From a virus (Duplodnaviria > Caudoviricetes): a DNA stretch of 64,000 nt. The DNA lies in the IMG/VR virus record IMGVR_UViG_3300031992_000052, positions 31,164-95,163 of that record. One strand, written 5' to 3'. Below the pieces are notes generated by a model. That model was not told the DNA's origin. It made no database searches and saw only the letters and a program-made list of their open reading frames with translations. Positions 59,892 through 64,000 of the stretch are shown one piece after another (the first letter of the stretch is position 1; every line of letters starts with the position of its first letter). Both the position numbers and the translations under genes were made by a program.

Positions 59892-60185
59892 CTAAATGTG
59901 TGATTCGTCTGTCAGTTGCTTTAGGGTTTTTTTCTTTTGCCAGTCGTCATCGTTCTCATAGACGAGCTCGAAGGGCCGTGCCTGTTGCCAGTCTTTCCAG
60001 TCGAGCAGGTCGGGATCAACATCATCGCAACAGTGACTGTGGGCCTCCAGGAACTCGTTCAGTTCCCTGCCTTTGGCTTCGTCGGCTTTTACGAAAAACC
60101 AGTCCATCCAATTCCCTCCCATTTTTGCGAGCATCATCTCTGCTCCGCATCCCTTGCATCTGAGGTACATTCTGTTGTCTGCCAT
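59892..60185 (-). CDS. small Cys-containing protein
   Basis: MADNRMYLRCKGCG. Confidence 0.7.
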   Translation of the reverse strand: MADNRMYLRCKGCGAEMMLAKMGGNWMDWFFVKADEAKGRELNEFLEAHSHCCDDVDPDLLDWKDWQQARPFELVYENDDDWQKKKTLKQLTDESHI

Positions 60186-60243
60186 ATCGCTCTTTTGTTT
60201 TTTGGGGTTTAACACGAATTGTCAGTAATTTAACACGAATTTT

Positions 60244-60588
60244 TCACAAATCTTTCTTTGGCAGGTCAACGACGGTTGCCGCTGGCCTTGCGTCGCGTTC
60301 ATGCTTCATGCGGGCCACAGAGTTCTGATAGGGCTGGCGGTTGATGTTCACGACGGCAGGGTTAAAGTCGGCAAGAGCCTCGATGAACTTGTCCTTCTTC
60401 TTGTACACCTTGCCCTCTATGTGCCAGTGGCGGTAGGTGCGGCCAAAGGTGCCGTCCTTGCGCAGGAGAGTGTGGTCGCAGAATCCAAGCCGTCCGTCTT
60501 CGCTCTCGTAGGTCAGCGTGTGCTCGTCCTCCATCGAGAGGGAGCAGACGAAGTGGAATGGTATCTTCTGGAGTTCTTCGGTGGTCAT
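60244..60588 (-). CDS. hypothetical protein
   Basis: 114-aa ORF. Confidence 0.7.
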   Translation of the reverse strand: MTTEELQKIPFHFVCSLSMEDEHTLTYESEDGRLGFCDHTLLRKDGTFGRTYRHWHIEGKVYKKKDKFIEALADFNPAVVNINRQPYQNSVARMKHERDARPAATVVDLPKKDL

Positions 60589-60591
60589 CGG

Positions 60592-61035
60592 TCAGTCCTC
60601 CTTCTCTATCTGTTCAACCATCGTCAGCACTTCGTTCAGCGTAGAGATAACGCCGCCCCAGTACATGCCTTTTCCGTCGTGGCTGGCATCACTCTCTTCG
60701 CCCCGCTTCGTGTATTTCTCTTTCTTCTCCATCAGTCCGGCCTTGATGCGCTTGATGGCGGACGGCTTGCTCTCTGCCGGAACGGGCAGCATCCGTTGGT
60801 ACTCCTCACGCAGATTGCCGTCTTTGTCACAAACCCAGTCCAACACCTCCTGCCATGAACTCGGGCGGGCGTCGCTATCACAGCACCCGCAAGACGATGA
60901 GTAAGCAACTTCGTATGGTGGCCACCGCTCAAAGAGATACCATCCCGTAGATTGCCCGCATAAACCACACTCATGGTGAGGAATAAAGCTCACGCCGTTG
61001 GCGCGGCAAAGTTCTTTTAATTCTTGTTTTGTCAT
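60592..61035 (-). CDS. Cys-rich hypothetical protein
   Basis: HECGLCG..SSCGCC. Confidence 0.7.
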   Translation of the reverse strand: MTKQELKELCRANGVSFIPHHECGLCGQSTGWYLFERWPPYEVAYSSSCGCCDSDARPSSWQEVLDWVCDKDGNLREEYQRMLPVPAESKPSAIKRIKAGLMEKKEKYTKRGEESDASHDGKGMYWGGVISTLNEVLTMVEQIEKED

Positions 61036-61061
61036 ATCGCTCTTATAAATAATTAAATGTT

Positions 61062-61685
61062 TTACTCGTTATCTATCTCGCGAAACTTCTCGCGGTTCTT
61101 GTGGTAGACCACGAGCCAGCCGATGTTGTCGATGCCGCAGCACAGACCCCACACGAACATGGCGACCTTCAGCGACGGCATGAACAGCAGGGCGCAGAGG
61201 TAGCCGACGATGCAGTAGATGCCGCACACCACGTCGTTGTTGTTGTCGTACACCTCGCGCTCCTTCTCGTTCCACAACTTCGGGCGGAAGGTCATCAGGC
61301 ACTTTCCGATGAACTCCGACACCAGCGTGCCGTAGAGCAGGCAGGCGATGGCGAGCACCCAGACATTGTACTCCACGAAGCAGAGCCACATGCCGACGAG
61401 GAAGCCTGCCGCCGACTCGATGACGCAGAGCACGGTAAACCAGCGGATGGCCCAGCGGCGCACCATGCCCTTCCATATCATGCCGATGAACAGGCCGACG
61501 ACGCTGTAGACGAGCGACTGGAACGCAAGCCATTCGGCAGGCAGTTCCGTCACCCATGCCTTAGAGATGGCGGGGCCGACGTAAGCATCGAGCAGCCCGA
61601 CGATGAACAGCGTCGAGAGCGTCCACCGCTGATTCTTGTCGGGGTGGATGTTGAAGAAGTCGAGTGTCTTGCGCAGTAGTTTCAT
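61062..61685 (-). CDS. multi-pass membrane protein
   Basis: about six hydrophobic segments in 207 aa. Confidence 0.8.
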   Translation of the reverse strand: MKLLRKTLDFFNIHPDKNQRWTLSTLFIVGLLDAYVGPAISKAWVTELPAEWLAFQSLVYSVVGLFIGMIWKGMVRRWAIRWFTVLCVIESAAGFLVGMWLCFVEYNVWVLAIACLLYGTLVSEFIGKCLMTFRPKLWNEKEREVYDNNNDVVCGIYCIVGYLCALLFMPSLKVAMFVWGLCCGIDNIGWLVVYHKNREKFREIDNE

Positions 61686-61700
61686 GCGGCTCAGTCCTCC

Positions 61701-62057
61701 TTATCTACAATCCCAATAATCAAACAGTTCCTCCAGCTTGGCTCTGGCCGAGATAAAGGCTGCAGCATGGCCTCTGTCGTAGTGGCTTCCCTCGCTGCTG
61801 GCGTTGTCGGCTTTCGCCTGCTCCTGAAAGCGTTCGGTCTCCTCTACGAGCCACTGGCGGAACCGCATGAGTTTGTCAATCTCAGGATACTCAACCTTGG
61901 CGTTCAGCAGGAACACGTCGGTAAATTGGTTGAAACTTGTGATGTCGGCCATCGTGTACGACTTGGCATCGTCGCCGAAATTCACGCGGACGCTGACGGG
62001 CAGCGTCGGCTTTGCATTCATGTTGGTCACTATTGACCGTAAATCTTGTACGTTCAT
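61701..62057 (-). CDS. hypothetical protein
   Basis: 118-aa ORF. Confidence 0.7.
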   Translation of the reverse strand: MNVQDLRSIVTNMNAKPTLPVSVRVNFGDDAKSYTMADITSFNQFTDVFLLNAKVEYPEIDKLMRFRQWLVEETERFQEQAKADNASSEGSHYDRGHAAAFISARAKLEELFDYWDCR

Positions 62058-62109
62058 ATCGCTCTTATGCTTTGGCCTGCTTGCGCAGGGAAATTATTAA
62101 AAAATTGGG

Positions 62110-62469
62110 TTAAAAATTCGTTAGGCGTTTCTTTGTCTTCAGTTGATACTTTGCGCCGCAGGCTGTGCAGACTACCCGCAGCGAGCCGGAGCGCGACTGC
62201 CGCATATCGCCGCCGCACTTGCGGCACTTGTTCTTCGTGCAGAAGTCGGCCACCAGCGTGTCGTACTTCTCGCTGGGCTTGCGCATCATCGGCAGGTCGC
62301 GCCACTTGTCGGGCTCCAGCCGCGCCAGGGCCTTGACGATGCGGCGGTACTCGCGGTTCAGTTCGCGCCGCGTGGCTCCCCATTCGTCGTCCTCGGCTAT
62401 CATCTGCCCGCATTTGTCGAGCTGCTGGTAGAGCCAGTGGATTTCCTTGCGTTTCTCTTCGTCGGTCAT
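62110..62469 (-). CDS. zinc-ribbon protein
   Basis: CRKCGG..VCTACG. Confidence 0.75.
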   Translation of the reverse strand: MTDEEKRKEIHWLYQQLDKCGQMIAEDDEWGATRRELNREYRRIVKALARLEPDKWRDLPMMRKPSEKYDTLVADFCTKNKCRKCGGDMRQSRSGSLRVVCTACGAKYQLKTKKRLTNF

Positions 62470-62473
62470 GCGG

Positions 62474-63292
62474 TCAGTCTATCTTGTCGTTATACATCCA
62501 TTCCTCACGCAGGAACTCTTCGTGTACTTCGGGGAAACGCATGATAACCTTGGCGTACTCCTGCGAATCCTTTGAAACCGTCGGCATCTCTTTGACGGTC
62601 ATCTTCCCGTCGTAATACATCTCGTCCATCTTCTGGTAGGTCTGCCAGATGATTTCCCATGCGCTCATCACGCTCCGCTTGACAGTCATGCCCATCATTT
62701 TTTCGTCGCGCATGTCGAGGAATCCGTTATCGGCCAGGATCTTGTCGATAGACTCCTTTATCTGCTCCATTGTCCGATGGTCGGTCGAGGGGTCGAATGC
62801 CACGTCGGGATAGGCATGTTTCAGGCGGTGGATGATGACATAGAGGCGGCAGTCGTCGGGTATCTCGATGGAGAATTTCTTGCCGGGCTGCTCGGGGATG
62901 TAAGCATCGTAGCACCACTCCTTGCGGAATCCCTCCATGTAGCATGGCGCTATCCTCTCGCCCTTGTGCTCCACCATGCTGTGACTGAGGCAGTCGCTCG
63001 GTAGGAAGCCTTTGGGCAGCGGCTCGTAGTCGTCGGGTATCTCTACGCTCACCTTCCAGTCGTAGAAGTTGCAGCGCATAATCAGCTTGATGCCGTTGCG
63101 CAGCTTCAGGAAATACACTGGCAGCTCGCACGACTTGGAATGGTGTGTGCTTACCACGAAGCCGTGGGTATGCAGCAGGTTGCCGCAAATCTGACTGCGG
63201 ACAAAAGCGGCTTACTCCTGTCCAGCCTTCTTGTAAATGAGATTGTCGTCCAGCTCCCATTTACGGATCCAATACATTAGTTCTTGTTTCAT
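62474..63292 (-). pseudogene. hypothetical gene interrupted by an in-frame TAA
   Basis: ATG at 63292 with the AAGAGCGATATG start motif; codon 27 (63214-63212) is TAA; the same frame continues into the 227-aa ORF. Confidence 0.65.
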
Positions 63293-63307
63293 ATCGCTCT
63301 TTTGGTT

Positions 63308-63652
63308 TTATCGTTTGCCATTATTCTCTTTCATCCATTGCTCAGCCTGCTTGCACCAGTCCTGGCCATGCGGACTGCGGCTGTACTCCGGTTGTCCCTT
63401 GGGGAAGCAGTCGGGGCAGAAGTACGCCCCTGCGGGGTTGGCTTCGTGGGTGGTGACGTGCCACCCGTGATGGATGAGCCACTGTACGATGAGCACGGTC
63501 GTGGCGCAGCAGTAGGGTTTCAGCACGGCGTTTCGCTCTTTCTCTGAATACATATTGGGTATTTCGAGTGTCTTGCCGCATTTGTGGCATTTCACTTGTC
63601 CCACGCGGCTATCCATGCCAAGTCGCTTGCGTAGTTCGCTGATTTTCGTCAT
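63308..63652 (-). CDS. zinc-finger-like protein
   Basis: KCHKCG..GW..FCPDC. Confidence 0.75.
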   Translation of the reverse strand: MTKISELRKRLGMDSRVGQVKCHKCGKTLEIPNMYSEKERNAVLKPYCCATTVLIVQWLIHHGWHVTTHEANPAGAYFCPDCFPKGQPEYSRSPHGQDWCKQAEQWMKENNGKR

Positions 63653-63655
63653 AGC

Positions 63656-64000
63656 TCAGTCCTCCTTCTGTTTTGCCGACACGCTATTGTCGCGGTTGAT
63701 ACTGCCGGTGGCAATCTTCTTCACCTCGCGCCCGTCGTCGTAGATGCTCATGATCTGTCCGTCTTTGCGCGGCTCCAGTTTGCGGGTCAGCTGCGGGCCT
63801 CGGTACTCCACGTAGAGTTCGTTGGCACACATCTTCTTGCGGCCTCTCCTGCTGTCAACGAGGATGATAATCCCCTTACTCTCGATGATGTCAGCACGAT
63901 GGAAGCGGGCATTGTCGTAGGCCCACTTGTCGAGAGCCAGTCCTTTGCGTTTGCGGAAGGCTTCTTTTACGCGCTGGATTTCCTCGTCGCACTGCTTGTC
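63656..64000 (-). CDS. partial hypothetical protein (5' end outside the window)
   Basis: open frame from the window edge to TGA at 63658-63656. Confidence 0.6.
   Translation of the reverse strand, partial: DKQCDEEIQRVKEAFRKRKGLALDKWAYDNARFHRADIIESKGIIILVDSRRGRKKMCANELYVEYRGPQLTRKLEPRKDGQIMSIYDDGREVKKIATGSINRDNSVSAKQKED

Overview
A 64-kb segment of a temperate Bacteroidales (Prevotella-like) long-tailed phage or prophage. The host is inferred from TAnnTTTG promoters, DUF3127/DUF4494-type genes and A-rich starts lacking Shine-Dalgarno motifs. Left end: a truncated CHC2-zinc-finger primase-helicase, a small cro/xis-like gene and an XRE repressor driven by face-to-face promoters. Next come tail and baseplate genes, holin-like genes and a complete diversity-generating retroelement (DGR) made of two tandem target genes with variable repeats, avd, a template repeat and a reverse transcriptase. 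After that lie a candidate structured small RNA, a six-gene module of unknown function, head and tail genes on the minus strand (tail tube-like, major capsid, S49 protease-scaffold, connector, 3240-aa tape measure) and an HU-like gene. The right third is a long minus-strand early region with an intein-split radical SAM gene and two DNA methyltransferases. No integrase, terminase large subunit, portal, endolysin, tRNA or CRISPR array was recognised. The most notable features are: (1) the DGR's two VRs differ from the TR in length as well as at adenines, and each is followed by a 4x8-bp direct-repeat array instead of a hairpin; (2) nine copies of a non-Bacteroidetes promoter-like motif (GCCCTTGA-N19-NATHWT) sit ahead of mostly virion-associated genes; (3) a promoter-bearing, possibly pseudoknotted ~150-nt RNA converges on an unannotated 33-aa hydrophobic ORF. 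All family assignments come from motif recognition by eye, not from database searches.
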